Assembly (NCBI RefSeq): GCF_963921235.1
Contig: NC_086097.1
Coordinates: 44,952,001-45,016,000 of the forward strand
Source of the DNA: Mobula hypostoma
Taxonomy: Eukaryota
Length of the DNA: 64,000 bases
Direction of reading: 5' to 3'
The translations under genes were made by a program, and so were the position numbers. The notes below the pieces were generated by a model that saw only the letters and a program-made list of their open reading frames with translations, searched no databases and was not told where the DNA came from. This document shows, one piece after another, positions 11,467 through 24,139 of the stretch. Positions within the stretch are counted from its first letter, which is position 1. The number at the start of each line of letters is the position of its first letter.

Positions 11467-12519
11467 TAATTAGCTTGTTTATTTCGGTTTTTTCTTAAAG
11501 ATGTGCTGTGTGTCTCCAGGCTACCGCTGCATTCTCCGCGAATCGCGGGGTGGTGGGACACTGGGGTGTCATCTCATCGTCTGTTTCCATTAGAGCAGGC
11601 AGCTCATCTTCTCCTATGACTGCCTGCCTTGATGTCGAAGGTCGAGATTCGTCGTCTGCTGTGGCTGATGCGGAAGGCTTGCTTGACTGCTGAGCCTCGC
11701 GCATCTTTCTATCATACAGTTCTTTGTAAGGACTCAAACTATCCTGCAAATATCCCCTAAACCTATGTACCCTGTCAAAATTAAAGTCGTACTTTATCAT
11801 TGCGGCGAAAATCTCACGGAGTTGCTTCACGTTCAGTTCCTGGACTTCCGGTCCGTTCGCTACTGTATTCAGTTTCAATTGTTATCCTTTCCTCTTCCAA
11901 TTGCATCAGCTCTTCATCTATCAGTTCTTGGTCATGGGATGCCAAAACCTCTTCAACATCATGTTTGTCAGCTTCCACAAGCCAAACTCACTTAGTCCTT
12001 ACTTCATTCACCACAATCAAAACGCTTAATTATGTCTAGTTTTACGCTAAGTGTAACACCCTTACGAGCTCTTTTAGGCTTTTCCAATACCTTAGAACTC
12101 ATCTTGCAAACGGCTGCTCACAGGCACATGTTTAAGCAATGCCGTTCTGAATCTGGGGGAGAGCGGCTGCTCCGGGCGCGCGCTGTCTTTTATCACGCGC
12201 TGATTTTCCCCGCGCTGCTTTTTCTTCGTAACAGTAAAAAAACCTTCTGTAAGTGAAAACAGGGTACTAATGTAGGTCTTTCGTAACAGTGAGGTTTCGT
12301 AAAGCGAACGTTCGAAAAGCGGGGGACACCTGTATATCATCGCTGCTTCACTGGATCAATTCTCTCCCTCACATTATTGTGGGTATACCAAACCTCAAGT
12401 ACTGCAGTTGTTCAAGAATGCAGCTTACCCCCATGTTCTTAAGGGTAACCAGAGACAGGTAATTACAGGCTCAAGGGGAGCTTCTATTGTGACTATTGAA
12501 TGGTCCCCTAGAACAATAA

Positions 12520-12738
12520 AATGGACTGTTGACCTGATAGTCTACCTCATTTTGACACTGCACATCACTGTCTCTCTTTTTACTGCACTTTGTCTGTAAC
12601 TGTAAAACCTTATTCTGCACTGTCATTGTTTTCCCTTGTACTACCTCAACGCAATATTGTAATGAAATGATCCGTATGGATGGCATGCAAAACAAAGTTT
12701 TTCACTGTACCTCCGTACATGTGAGAGTAATAAATCAA
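12520..12738 (+). mobile_element. Rex1-like LINE 3' tail fragment
   Basis: tttttcactgtacctccgtacatgtgagagtaataaa; similar tails at ~53340-53530 (+) and ~23880-24080 (-). Confidence 0.45.
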
Positions 12739-12805
12739 GCCACCATCCTTTGAAAGTGCAAAAAAAAATAGGCTACCATCATGGCTTTAGCAATGAAACA
12801 AAAAA

Positions 12806-13343
12806 AGAATGTGTGTGTAAATAAATAAATAAATAACGGATGGGGTACGAGGGGGAGGGGGAGTAAAGAAACTTCCGCTAATGAACATTGACTTCTCAAA
12901 CTTCCGCTAATGCCCCACCTTCCCCTCGTACCCCATCCGTTATTTATTTATGTATACACATTCCTTTTCTCGCTGTCCTTTTTCTCCCTCTGTCCCTCTC
13001 ACTATACCCCTTGCCATCCTCTGGGCTTCCCCCCCTCCCCTTTTCTTTCTCCCTAGGCCTCCTGTCCCATGATCCTCTCATATCCCTTTTGCCAATCGCC
13101 TGTCCAGCTCTTGGCTCCGTCCCTCCCCCTCCTGTCTTCTCCTATCATTTCCGATCTCCCCCTCCCCCTCCCACTTTCAAATCTCTTACTAACTCTTCCT
13201 TCAGTTGGTCCTGACGAAGGGTCTCGGCCCAAAACGTCGACTGTACCTCTTCCAATAGATGCTGCCTGGCCTGCTGCGTTCACCAACAACTTTTATGTCT
13301 GTTGTTTGAAATTCCAGCATCTGCAGATTTCCTCGTGTTTGCG
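12806..13343 (+). mobile_element. Penelope 3' repeat with short inverted 5' piece
   Basis: 12885-13343 is a tailed Penelope repeat (hammerhead at 13202-13243 with GAAA>AAAA); 12806-12863 is an inverted copy of ~12915-12963; aaacttccgctaatg is duplicated at the junction. Confidence 0.9.
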
Positions 13344-13479
13344 TTTTTTAAATAAGCAAAGACTCAGATTTATAATTGATTGGAAATTCGATTGCATTAC
13401 TTTCAAAATGCATTGTAATTGGAAATTAATTTCCCCGTTGTGCATCACAATTTAAAAAAGATACTTTGCATTGTTTATG

Positions 13480-14100
13480 TCACTGTGGAAATTCGACTGG
13501 GTGTTCCACCTTAATACCTTAACAACGATATAATCAGTTCTCCCCAGAGGATCCTTTATGATATGATTAATTAATCCTGTCTCATTGCACACATGATCCA
13601 GTCTAAATTAGTCTGCTCCCAGTTGGCTGCACAATATACTTTTCTAAACAACTATCCAAATTACACTCTATGAATTCATTCTTAAGACTATCTTTGCCAA
13701 TTTGATTTGTCCAATCTATACAAATATTGAAGTACACTTCTCATAAGCCCCTCATTATTTTTTTAATTTCTTCTGTCCTATGGTAAAGCCATGTTAGTAA
13801 CTATGTACCTCATTCAGCAGTAACCTTTTCCCTTTGTCATTTCTTATCTCTACTTAAACTGAGTGTATATCTTGATTTTCAGACCCAAGATTATTTCTCA
13901 CTATTGTATTTATCTCTTCTTTTATTATCATTCCCTTTTTCTTTCTGCCTATCCTTTAAAAATGGTAAGAATAGTAGAATATTCAGTTCCTAGCTTTGGT
14001 CACCTTGCAACCATGTCTTTTGTAAATCTCTCAGTTAATATCAATCTATTTCTATGTATGCCATCAATTCATCCATCTTGCAACATATGTTTTAATTATG
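13480..14100 (-). mobile_element. Highly decayed CR1 APE-region fragment
   Basis: Residual similarity to the APE segments of the other CR1 copies (attaatcctgtctcattgcaca..ccagtcta). Confidence 0.4.
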
Positions 14101-14269
14101 CCTTTTTATCATCTGTTCCTTCACTAACTTAATATGCAATTGCAGTCATAAATTAGTAAACTCTCCTCTTGTATTCTGATTGTCATTGACTACATTGTTA
14201 TCCTGAAATGGAGGCTTATACTTCCTCTTTGGCACTCAAGGTTTTGCCTTGCTTGCAAACTTGAGGAAT

Positions 14270-14747
14270 GGGGAGGACCTTGTATGGATGAAGAGGGGAT
14301 TTGTCAGAATGATTGCAGGAATGAGAGAGTAAGATTGAGGAACACCTGATGTGTTTTCCTTGGAGCAAAGAAGAATAAGAGGAAGATTGATAGAACAGCT
14401 CAAGAGCAAGTTTGGTTTAGTTATGCTAAAACAACAGAAGCTATTTTGTTAGTGTATGGTTTGGGGACAAGGATCATAATTAAAAGTCTTGGATAAAAGA
14501 TGCAACAAGTATATAAGAAAAAAAGGCTTTATTCATTAATAATGTGGAACATATTGATTGTAGGGATGATGGGGACAGAATTAATTTGTGCCTTCAAAGA
14601 GAGTTGAAAAGATACTTGGAAATAAATTGTGGGCCTATGGGGAAAGAACAGGGGAAATGGAATTGACAGGATTTATTTATTGCAAATGATACAGACTTGT
14701 TGAACAAAATGGCTTCCTTCTTTTATGTGACAATTTTCTAATTCTAT
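14270..14747 (+). mobile_element. Highly decayed CR1 3' fragment
   Basis: gttttccttggagcaaagaagaataagaggaagattgatagaa (FSLE.RR.RG.LIE-like) and a ttctatg tail. Confidence 0.5.
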
Positions 14748-15656
14748 GTCTTGAATTTTTTTTTGCTTTTGAAGCACTTCAGGGAATTTGGACCATGTCT
14801 TTCCGGGAAAAGCAATCATTTGGTACTACCAGGGCAATAGTATCTTCCTATGTACCACTGGTTTGATACAGTTGCCAAATAAGCAGATGTCTTGCCTTTT
14901 ATCTTTAAGGTCCCAACAACGCCATGCAACAAAGCTCCCACTACTCTTATCTGCCACCACCTCAAGCCCTCAATTCCCCCCACCCTAAATCCAAGACCTT
15001 GACCACCCGATTCATCACCCTGCCCTAAATCATCCAAGACTGCTTGCAAACTCCATACCTGAACATCCATCATTCCAGCAACATCTCAAACTCCATGACC
15101 AACCATCACTGTGCCAGTATCTACTCTTATACACCAGTATCTTTATTCACCCTGAACCCTCACAATCCCTCAGACATAGCACAAGCTCAATTAGGCAAAT
15201 AGCTTCTAGCTATACTGAACTTGAGCTTGGAACAGGAGTACCAGGCAGCACATTCTTCTTTAAAAATATGCAAAATCCATTCATCTATGCCTTAGGGCTT
15301 TATATGCAATTAAACTCCCCAGGACACCAATATGAATACATTAGAATTTCTTGACTTGAGTGCCTTTTACTATCTCAGAATATCCAAATCAATTTAAAAT
15401 TAAAGAAATGTGGGTAGATATTTTCAACTTAGGAACACAACAGCCAGTTTGTGCAACTGTAGAGTAATTTAATAACCAGTTAATTTAATGTCAGTGATAT
15501 GCAAGAAGAATTAAATATTAGTTTGACCACTGTGTATAACTCTTCTGATTTTGATTAAAATTGTGTCATTATGTTCACCTGAGATTAATTTAATGTCTCA
15601 AATGTAAAGTAATAGCTTGAATAGCTTACTACACTTCAGAAGAACACTAGAGTCAT

Positions 15657-16222
15657 GGGGGGGTGGGGAAGAGAGAGAGAGGGGGAGAGGGGGAGAGGAG
15701 GGGGGGAGGAGGGGGGGAGGGGAGGAGGGGGAGGGGGGAGGAGGGGGAGGAGGGGGAGGAGGGGGAGAGGGGGAGGGGGAGAGGAGGGGGGGGAGGGGGA
15801 GAGGAGGGGGGAGGAGGGGGAGAGGAGTGGAGAGGGGAGGGGGAGAGGGGAGAGGGGGGAGGGGGAGAGGGGAGAGGGGGAGGGGGAGGGGGAGAGGGGG
15901 GAGGGGGGAGGGGGAGAGGGGGGAGGGGGGAGGGGGAGAGGGGAGAGGGGAGAGGGGGGAGGGGGGAGGGGGAGGGGGAGGGGGAGGAGGGGGGAGGGAG
16001 GAGGGGGGAGGAGGGAGGGGGGAGGGGGAGGGGGAGGGGGAGGAGGGGGGAGGGAGGAGGGGGAGGAGGGAGGGGGGAGGAGGGAGGAGGGAGGAGGGAG
16101 GAGGGGGAGGAGGGAGGAGAGAGGAGAGAGGAGAGAGGAGAGAGGGAGAGAGGAGAGAGGAGAGAGGGAGAGAGGGAGAGAGGGAGAGAGGGAGAGAGGG
16201 AGAGAGGGAGAGAGAGAGAGAA
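15657..16222 (+). repeat. ~565-bp polypurine (G/A) low-complexity tract
   Basis: Almost only G and A; G-runs grade into (GGA)n, (GAGAG)n and (GGGAGAGA)n. Confidence 0.97.
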
Positions 16223-17272
16223 TGAACATGAAAACAGGCCCTGCATGTTGAACCACAGAGTACATGCCAATTATCATTTTTTAATACACACTGAACCTAC
16301 TACAACCTGTTTTATTTTCACTCAAGTTCTAATACTCATCAAGACAGTATGGGCAATTTACAATGGCAATCAACCTCACAAACATTCACGACAAAGCAAA
16401 GCAGAACACCTGGAGGAAAACCACATGGTCATAGAAAGAGCATTCAAATCCACACATACAACACTGGAGGTGCCACTGCGCTGTCCCTGAGTAAGAACTA
16501 AAGCTGCAATCCTCAGACTTCAGAGCCACGTCCACTGAGCCACAGTCATAGGAAGTTGAGAAGCAAAACATAAGTCATAAAAGTAATAATCAATTTGTAC
16601 AATGATCTGACCAAACCACACTTTAAATTCTGCATCCAGTTGTATCTAGTCAACAAGAAATAAGACAGATGTACACTCAGCAGACACATTATTAGGCACA
16701 CCTGTAGGTCTGCTCATTAATGCAACTACCTAATTAGCCAAACATGTGGCAGCAACTCAATGCATAAAAGCATGCATACTTGGTCAAGAGGTTCAGTTGT
16801 TGTTCTGACCAAACATCAGAATGGGGAAGAAATATTTGGCTAAGGACAGCTCCAATGCCATATTCAAGTTTGCTGACGATACCACCAGCATTGGTCAATT
16901 CAAAAGGTGGTGATGAATCAGCATAAAGGACAGAGATTGAAAATCTGGGTAAGTGATGCCACAACAACAAACTCTTACTCAATGTCAGCAAGGATATAAT
17001 TATTGGCTTCAGGAGAAGAAAGCCAGAGGTCCATGAACCAGTTCTCATTGCAGGATCAGAGGTGGAGAGGGTTAGCATTTTTAAATTCCTCTGTGCTATC
17101 ACTTTGGAGGACCTGTATTGGCACAGCACATAAGTGCAATTATGAAGAAAGCACAGCAGCACTTTTCCTTCCTTAGGAATTTGCGAAGATTCGGTATGAC
17201 CTCCAAAATTTTGATGAACTTCTATAGATGTATAGTGGAAAGAATATTGACTGACTGCATCACAGCCTGGTA

Positions 17273-18300
17273 TCATGTTTGCTGTTGTGTGATGGGGCAG
17301 CAGGCACCAACAGAATCAACAAACTCATCTGTAAGGCCAGTGATGTTGTAGGGATGGAATTGGACTCTCTCACGGTGGTGTCTGAAAAGAGGATGCTGTC
17401 TAAGTTGCATGCCATCTTGGTCGATACATAATGTACTGGGTGGGCACAGGAGTACATTCAGGCAGAGACTCATTCCACCGAGATGCAGCACAGAGTGTCA
17501 TAGGAAGTCATTCCTGCCTGTGGCCATCAAACTTTACAACTCCTCCCTTGGAGGGTCAGACACCCTGAGCTAATAGGCTGGTCCTGGACTTATTTCATAA
17601 TTTACTGGCATAGAAACATAGAAAATAGGTGCAGGAGTAGGCCATTCGGCCCTTCGAGCCTGCACCGCCATTCAGTATGATCATGGTAGATCATCCAACT
17701 CAGAACCCTGTACGAGCCTTCCCCCCCATACCCCCTGATCCCTTTAGCCACAAGGGTCATATCTAACTCCCTCTTAAATATAGCCAATGAACTGGCCTCA
17801 ACTGTTTCCTGTGGAGAGAATTCCACAGATTCACCACTCTCTGTGTGAAGAAGTTTTTCCTAATCTCAGTCCTAAAAGGCTTCCCCTTTATCCTCAAACT
17901 GTGACCCCTCGTTCTGGACTTCCCCAACATCGGGAACAATCTTCCTGCATCTAGCCCGTCCAATCCTTTTAGGATTTTATATGTTTCAATAAGGTCCCCT
18001 CTCAATCTTCTAAATTCTAACGAGTATAAGCCTAGTCGATCCAGTCTTTCATCATATGAAAGTCCTGCCATCCCAGGAATCAATCTGGTGAACCTTCTTT
18101 GTACTCCCTCTATGGCAAGGATGTCTTTCCTCAGATTAGGGCACCAAAACTGCACAATTTACACAAAACTGAACAAAAACAGCATAATTTACATACTACT
18201 ATTTAACTATTTATGGTTCTATTACTATATATTATTTATGGTGCAACTGTAACGAAAACCAATTTCCCCCGGGATCAATAAAGTATGACTATGACTATGG
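17273..18300 (+). mobile_element. Second Rex1-subfamily 3' fragment nested in the first
   Basis: NRINKLICKASDVVG..RKSFLPVAIKLYNSS; ends in aatttcccccgggatcaataaag(tatgac)n. Confidence 0.75.
17609..18157 (-). mobile_element. Young 5'-truncated CR1
   Basis: Clean ORF QFWCPNLRKDILAIEGVQRRFTRLIPG..LYSLEFRRLRGDLIETYK; (tttctatg)n tail; gcata repeated on both sides. Confidence 0.93.
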
Positions 18301-20831
18301 CTATGGAAACAGCCCTTGAACAGAAAATCCTGCAAAAAGTGGTAGATATAGCCTAATCCATGATTGGTAAAGCCCTCCCCATCATTGGGCACATTTACAT
18401 GAAGCATTGTCGCAGGAAAGCAATATCCATCATCAGGGACCCCCAGACTACCAGGTTCAGGAACAGTTATTAACCTTCAACCATCAGGCTCTTGAACCAA
18501 AATTTGCGCAACTTCACTTTCCTCATCATTGAAATGTTCCCACAATGTATGGCCACTTCATTTCATGTTCTTGATATTTATTGTTTATTTATTATTATTA
18601 TTTCTTTTTGTATTCGTACAGTTTATTGTCTTTCGCACACCGGTTGAACGGCCCAGTTGGTGCAATCTTTCATTGATTCGATTATGGATTTATTGAGTAT
18701 TTCCACAAGAAAATAAATCTCAGGGTTGTATATGGTGACTTATAAGTATTTTGATAATAAATTTACTTTGAGTTTGAAATGTGATCTAAGTGACTTTGGC
18801 CATGGAGTGATTGCGGGCACCACATGAGGTGGTCGGAGAATTTCAGAAAGTGCTAATCTGTGGAATTTTCATGCACAGCAGTCTCTAGACTTTACAGAAA
18901 ATGGTGCAAAAACAAAAAAAAAATGTATAGTGAGTGGTAGACCTGTGGGTGAAAATGCCTTTTTAGTGAGAGAGGTCTGAGTAGATCCGCCAGACTAGTT
19001 TAAGCTGACAGGTAGGTGACAGTAACTCAAATAACCACGCGTAACAACAGTGGTGTACAGAAGAGCATCTCTGAATGCACAACACGTCAAACCTTGACGT
19101 GGATGAGTACAGCTTCAGAAGACCACAAATACTGTATATACTCAGTGGCTACATTATTAGGTACAGGAGGTATCTGATCAAGTGGCCACTGAGTGTACTG
19201 GAGTCAGTGCAGAGTCAGAGGGCACAAGGTTTGAGTTGAGAGGAAAAGTTTTCATCAGTTTAAGATACAATTAGTCTATCATAATACTTAAGTTGAAATC
19301 CAGGACAGGACTTGGGTAAACAGGTTAAAAAAAAATCAGCAAATCGTTGATTTTAGGAGATATCAAAAATCTATTTGTACTTCACACAAATGTATGTAGC
19401 CAAATTACAAGATGCGCTTGCAAGGCAAAAATAATAAATTATTTAATAAACAATTATATGCTGCGATGAGTGGCAAGTTATGTTGCTGTTGGATTGATGA
19501 ATTGACATATGATTTCTTATCTTCAAGCAGTGCCCTTGGCCTTTCACTGTTTCTCAGTGGACTTTTTAAATCAGCGTTTCTAAGCATAACAGGTTGACTT
19601 AATAAAGAGAGCAAAGTCAGCAAAACACTGGCAGACACTACAAAGAAACTGATGAGAAACAAAGATATTACTGCCTCCATCAAGATCTTTTGTGGAACTG
19701 GACATATCTATTCCTGCCCACTTTACCATTTCTATGTGAGAATACTTGCAAACAGAAAAAGTGTGATCCTGTTTATGCCTTAAAACCACATGCACTTTCA
19801 GAGTAGCCACCACAGGAGATCAAAACTATTTTTAGGAAATGCAGCGTAAATGAATATGTATTTTTATAGCATGTTTCATGACCTGAGCATTTTCTAAAGT
19901 ACTCTAAAGCTAATGGTATCTTTCTTGTTAAGGTAGTCACAAATGTAATGCAAGAAAATTGCACATCTGTTTTAACTTATGTTGGCTGAGTTAAAGCTAA
20001 TGACCAGCGCACCAGTGAGAACTTTCTGAGCCAGAGGCAAGATGTGAAAATTGTTCTACATTAGATTTCAATCCTATGCTTGTTCAGCTAATAAATGTGA
20101 TTCAATGGCAATATCCTGGTTAATAAACACAATATTAAAATCTTGTATAACCTTAATTTCAATTTTTAATTGTGGTTTCCACTGGAATCTGTAGAAATCA
20201 CAATTATATTCCACTTGAATCAAGTGGAAATATTTAATTTTAAAAATATATTGGTGAGAATCCTAAGCTGATTATCACAAAAAGAAAAAACTTTGGTGTT
20301 TTTGTCCCTCTGTGGGTTCTGTCTATACTTATCGCTGCCGTGGTAAAGCAACCACCCACCCTCAATATTCTCTTTTCTCTCTCTTTCATTGGGCAGAAAA
20401 CAACTGCCATCATGGTTCTTGGAAAATACATGACTGTTTAGGTCACTTTATTAAAAATACTTCATGTTCATAAATTTCTAAAATTGTACTCAAGGCTCTG
20501 AAAGGTATTTGTAACACTATATTGGAATTTAGTGTCCACATAAAAATCAAACATGAATTCATACTGTCATGTATTAACATTTCAGTAATTGTTGATAATC
20601 AATATTTTCCAACTGATAAACTACAAATATGAATTGGTGTTTGCAGACTCACAATAATTCTGATTTGTTTCCATTTTATAGTTAGATTAGATGTATTGAT
20701 ACAACTGAAATATGAGCAAAGAAAAAAGTATTAACCACCCAGCTTTGGAATAATAATAAACTCTATTGTTTTTTTTCCTTTTAAGTTCCTGCAAAAAAAC
20801 GATTTTTGAGATACAGTACACATGGTAACAT

Positions 20832-20983
20832 GCGTGTTGTTCCTTTCCGCACCTTGTGGCGCATCGTGCAGCAGCCTTGGCGTTTCTTTAGAATTTGTCT
20901 GTTTTTTAACGAGGCCAGGTTGCTAGCTCAACGCTCAACCCAGCCCGAATGGAAAGCGTGCGAGGAGCTGGTGGATTCGAACC
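20832..20983 (-). mobile_element. 5'-truncated tRNA-derived SINE
   Basis: Starts at B box ggttcgaatcc; shares cgctttccattcg..gggttga..gcaac..cctcgt with the SINEs at 24769 and 43022; TSD tggtaacat at 20823-20831 and 20984-20992. Confidence 0.82.
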
Positions 20984-23900
20984 TGGTAACATATGTACTT
21001 TTATCATAAATTTATTTTGTACTTTGTAATTAAGAAATAAAATATAAATTCACAAAATGTCTGCAATACATAAATCCTAAAATACTATATTCTATCTGTA
21101 TGGTTGTTCGATTAAGTGCAGTATTTATAAACTATTTAACATATGAACTTTTTATTTTATTTTGATATGTCACAGGTTAATATCCTTAACCAAGTATTGT
21201 TATTCAAAAGCCTAATATGCATAGACACGAAAATTTAACTAAAATAATTTGTGACATTTCAAGGTTGAGATATTAGAGCTTCAAATTCTACCATAAGAAA
21301 CCAATACCATATGTTGCACACGTAATATGGATTATTTTTATGCATGAACAAGACTTATTTTTATTTACTATTAAAGCAGTTATTTTAAGATTTCAAATTA
21401 AACCTCAAATGTAGCATTCAGCAAGCTGTTATTGTAGAATATTTTTTCATTTTAGAAGCACAACTACAAGACATTTTAATGAGTAATTTCTTTTTACAAT
21501 TGAATGAACTATAGCAATAGGCGTATATGTTCACATGACCGTTTTGATTGACATCATCTTCTCAATTATAAATTATTAGGGTTTGTCTAAGGTTTAGAGA
21601 AAACAAAGCTCAAATAGTAGAATAATTTAAATTTTGAGAATGCTTCTATAGGATTTTACACACAGGCATGTTTTAGTTCAAACTGAATTTATTCACAGAA
21701 GACTGATTTTATTCCAGACAAGCTGGGTTCCTTAATATTGTAGCATTATAAAATGTGAGCTGTATTTAACATTGCTAAATAAGATTTAATTCAGAATAAT
21801 TTATACACCAACCACCTGAATAGTAATTATTCACTCAGATACTGGTATATACCAATTACTAATACAGTACATTCATATTAAATATTCATTGATACAAAAA
21901 TGTTACACCATGTTGCAAGGTCATAGATGTTTTCAATAAAACAATGGCACAGAATATAGCATTGTATTTAATTTAAAAATGGAAAAAATTATATTTGGTA
22001 AAAGCTATTTGTGCAAAAGGAAATATTGACATCATGAATCGTCACAGCTCATATATTAAGACATTGTGTACATCTGCAGCTGGCCAGAAGGTTCATTTGT
22101 ATTTACTGAACAGTGGATTGTAGTGGCAAATTACAGTGTATCATTAGCATAACTGCTGTCAATGCTGTTAACTTTATAATGTTATCATAATAGCATGCTA
22201 TTTGGTTTTCCAAAACCAATAACTAAGCTCTACTAATAAGGTTGAATTCCAACATAAAATATGTTGCAGTGTTGAGGCAAGAATGCATTTCTTTCTCCCT
22301 GTAGAAGATTATTTTTTTCCCTAAATTATTTCTAATTAATTAAATATTCAATTTTCTGCTGTATCTACATATGGGAAAGTTTAATGAAAAACACACCAAA
22401 AGACAAAGAAAAAATATTTTTTCTTGAATATACAAGAATATGAGAATACAAGAATATTCTTGAATATGAGCAAATTAATCAAATGTTCAATGTGGAATCA
22501 AATTTGAAGCATTTTGGAAAATTAGGTTTTAATTCTACCTAATAAGTTTAAACAGAAATTTAAAAAAGATCTGACATTCTGCCTGCTTTCTATAAATATT
22601 ACAGCCATAGCCTTTGGCAGTTCAGTAATAAAAAAAACATTGAGACAGCATGATTCCTACCTGATTTCTTCAGTTGGATACATGGCCTAATATAAAGGAT
22701 AAATCCTAAAACACGCAATAAATAAAACAATTAATATCAATACATTACTGCAAGATTTAGAAGTGACTGTATCACAAAATGTGGAGTAAAAAGCATATAG
22801 ATCATCGATATTATTTTCTACAGAGAGAGACACAAGTGCATGCCTGCAGCCCTCATGCCAGAATGCTGCATATTATGACCAGCATGTAAGAAGTGAAGCC
22901 CTGAACCATGTGACCATTCTAGCAAGTTTCATTAATGTGACAGCTGTTCATTCACTGAAACAATCTTTAATGAGTTCTTTCATGTTTAACATCCATTCTA
23001 TTATGCACAAATTTCAAATGGTAGTTTTAATTGAATAACAATTAAAGCATTTACTTCAATCATTTCACATTACACTGCAGAAAATGCATAAAGGTAGATA
23101 AATGATTTACTACAGCTTGGGGGAGAAAGGTGAAACAAAGATTCCTTATGTAGCTCCTTGATGAAACACAAGCAAGGGCAAATGTTGGTATTACCTATGC
23201 TGGTGTTTTATTAAGACATTACTAAATATAACAGGTTTGTAATTCTAGGATAATTCACTGTTCATGAATGTACTTAAGAAAAAAAGACTTATTTTATTAA
23301 ATACCTATCAATTAAAACTGTTAAAAATTGACCTAGAAATATAATCATAGCATGCTGTTTGCTTCACACACTAAAGGCAAAGCAAAACAATCTCACAGCC
23401 AATAGGTCAGAACAATGATTTATAATAAAACTGCATTCAGTCATGAATGGTGCTGGAAAATAAAACAACTAACCGGAGTGGGAAGCTCCAAAAATATCTC
23501 CACTCTCACAATGACAGAACCAGAATTTAAAAGTTAAAGATAAAGCTGAAGCATTCACAACACACAGCCCATAGTGCTGATTAGATGGTTCAGCTCAACT
23601 CCCTCTTGAGAGTCATACCATCAGTCAATTTGTTTTATTCCTTATGATCAAGATACAGAAAAGACTATGGGGCCAGACTGAAGGTACTGAAGACCAGCAC
23701 TCAAGAATTAGTTCTGATATATTTTCAATACCTTTATCTAGCTTTCCCAACAGAAAATTGCCCACATATACCCCGTTTACCAAAAGCAGTACAAATATAA
23801 CCTGGCTAATTAGTCTTCTTGCAATATAGCAAAAAGTTGGAACATGCCATTTCAAACTGTACTCAACAATAATATCCAGTTTTATTATTGCTCTTTGGCA

Positions 23901-24139
23901 TTGACTTATTATTGTCATATGTACCAAGATACAGTGAAAAGCTTGTCTTGCCTACTGTTTATACAGATCAAATCATTACACAGTGATTCAAGGTAAAACA
24001 ATAACAATACAGAATAAAGCTACAGAGCAAGTGCAGCGCAGGTAAATGATAAATGTACAAAATCATAATGAGGCCGATTGTGAGTCCATCTTGTCAGCAT
24101 TTGACTGAGTGTGGCAGAAAGGAGCCTTAATAAAATTCT

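Larger units (their letters stand above)
9122..12332 (-). mobile_element. Internally deleted Tigger/pogo DNA transposon, host of a Tc1 insertion
   Basis: TA TSDs; termini caggtttcccccgc / gcgggggacacctg; minus-strand transposase remnants MSSKVLEKPKRARKGVTLSVKLDIIKRF (ATG at 12102, CENP-B-type HTH start) joined to C-terminal DVEEVLASHDQELIDEELMQLE..YKELYDRK. Confidence 0.85.
16834..18775 (+). mobile_element. Rex1/Babar LINE 3' part, with nested inserts at ~17273-18300
   Basis: SSNAIFKFADDTT; KKAQQHFSFLRNLRRFGM..NFYRCIVERILTDCITAWY continues as GN after 18300; aataaatttactttg tail; possible gaaat TSD. Confidence 0.82.
16674..19195 (+). mobile_element. Non-autonomous Tc1 derivative split by nested LINEs (own sequence 16674-16833 and 18781-19195)
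   Basis: TA-cactcag..ttattagg left end and aagtggccactgagtg-TA right end; decayed transposase N-terminus MGKKCDLSDF is reconstituted across the insertion. Confidence 0.8.

Noticed and set aside
15617..16490. Five long Gly/Glu/Arg- or Pro/Ser/Leu-rich ORFs
   Set aside because: Artefacts of a stop-free polypurine tract, open in nearly all frames
22422..22470. Short cluster of gaata/caagaata direct and inverted repeats
   Set aside because: Under 50 bp and AT-rich; ordinary slippage
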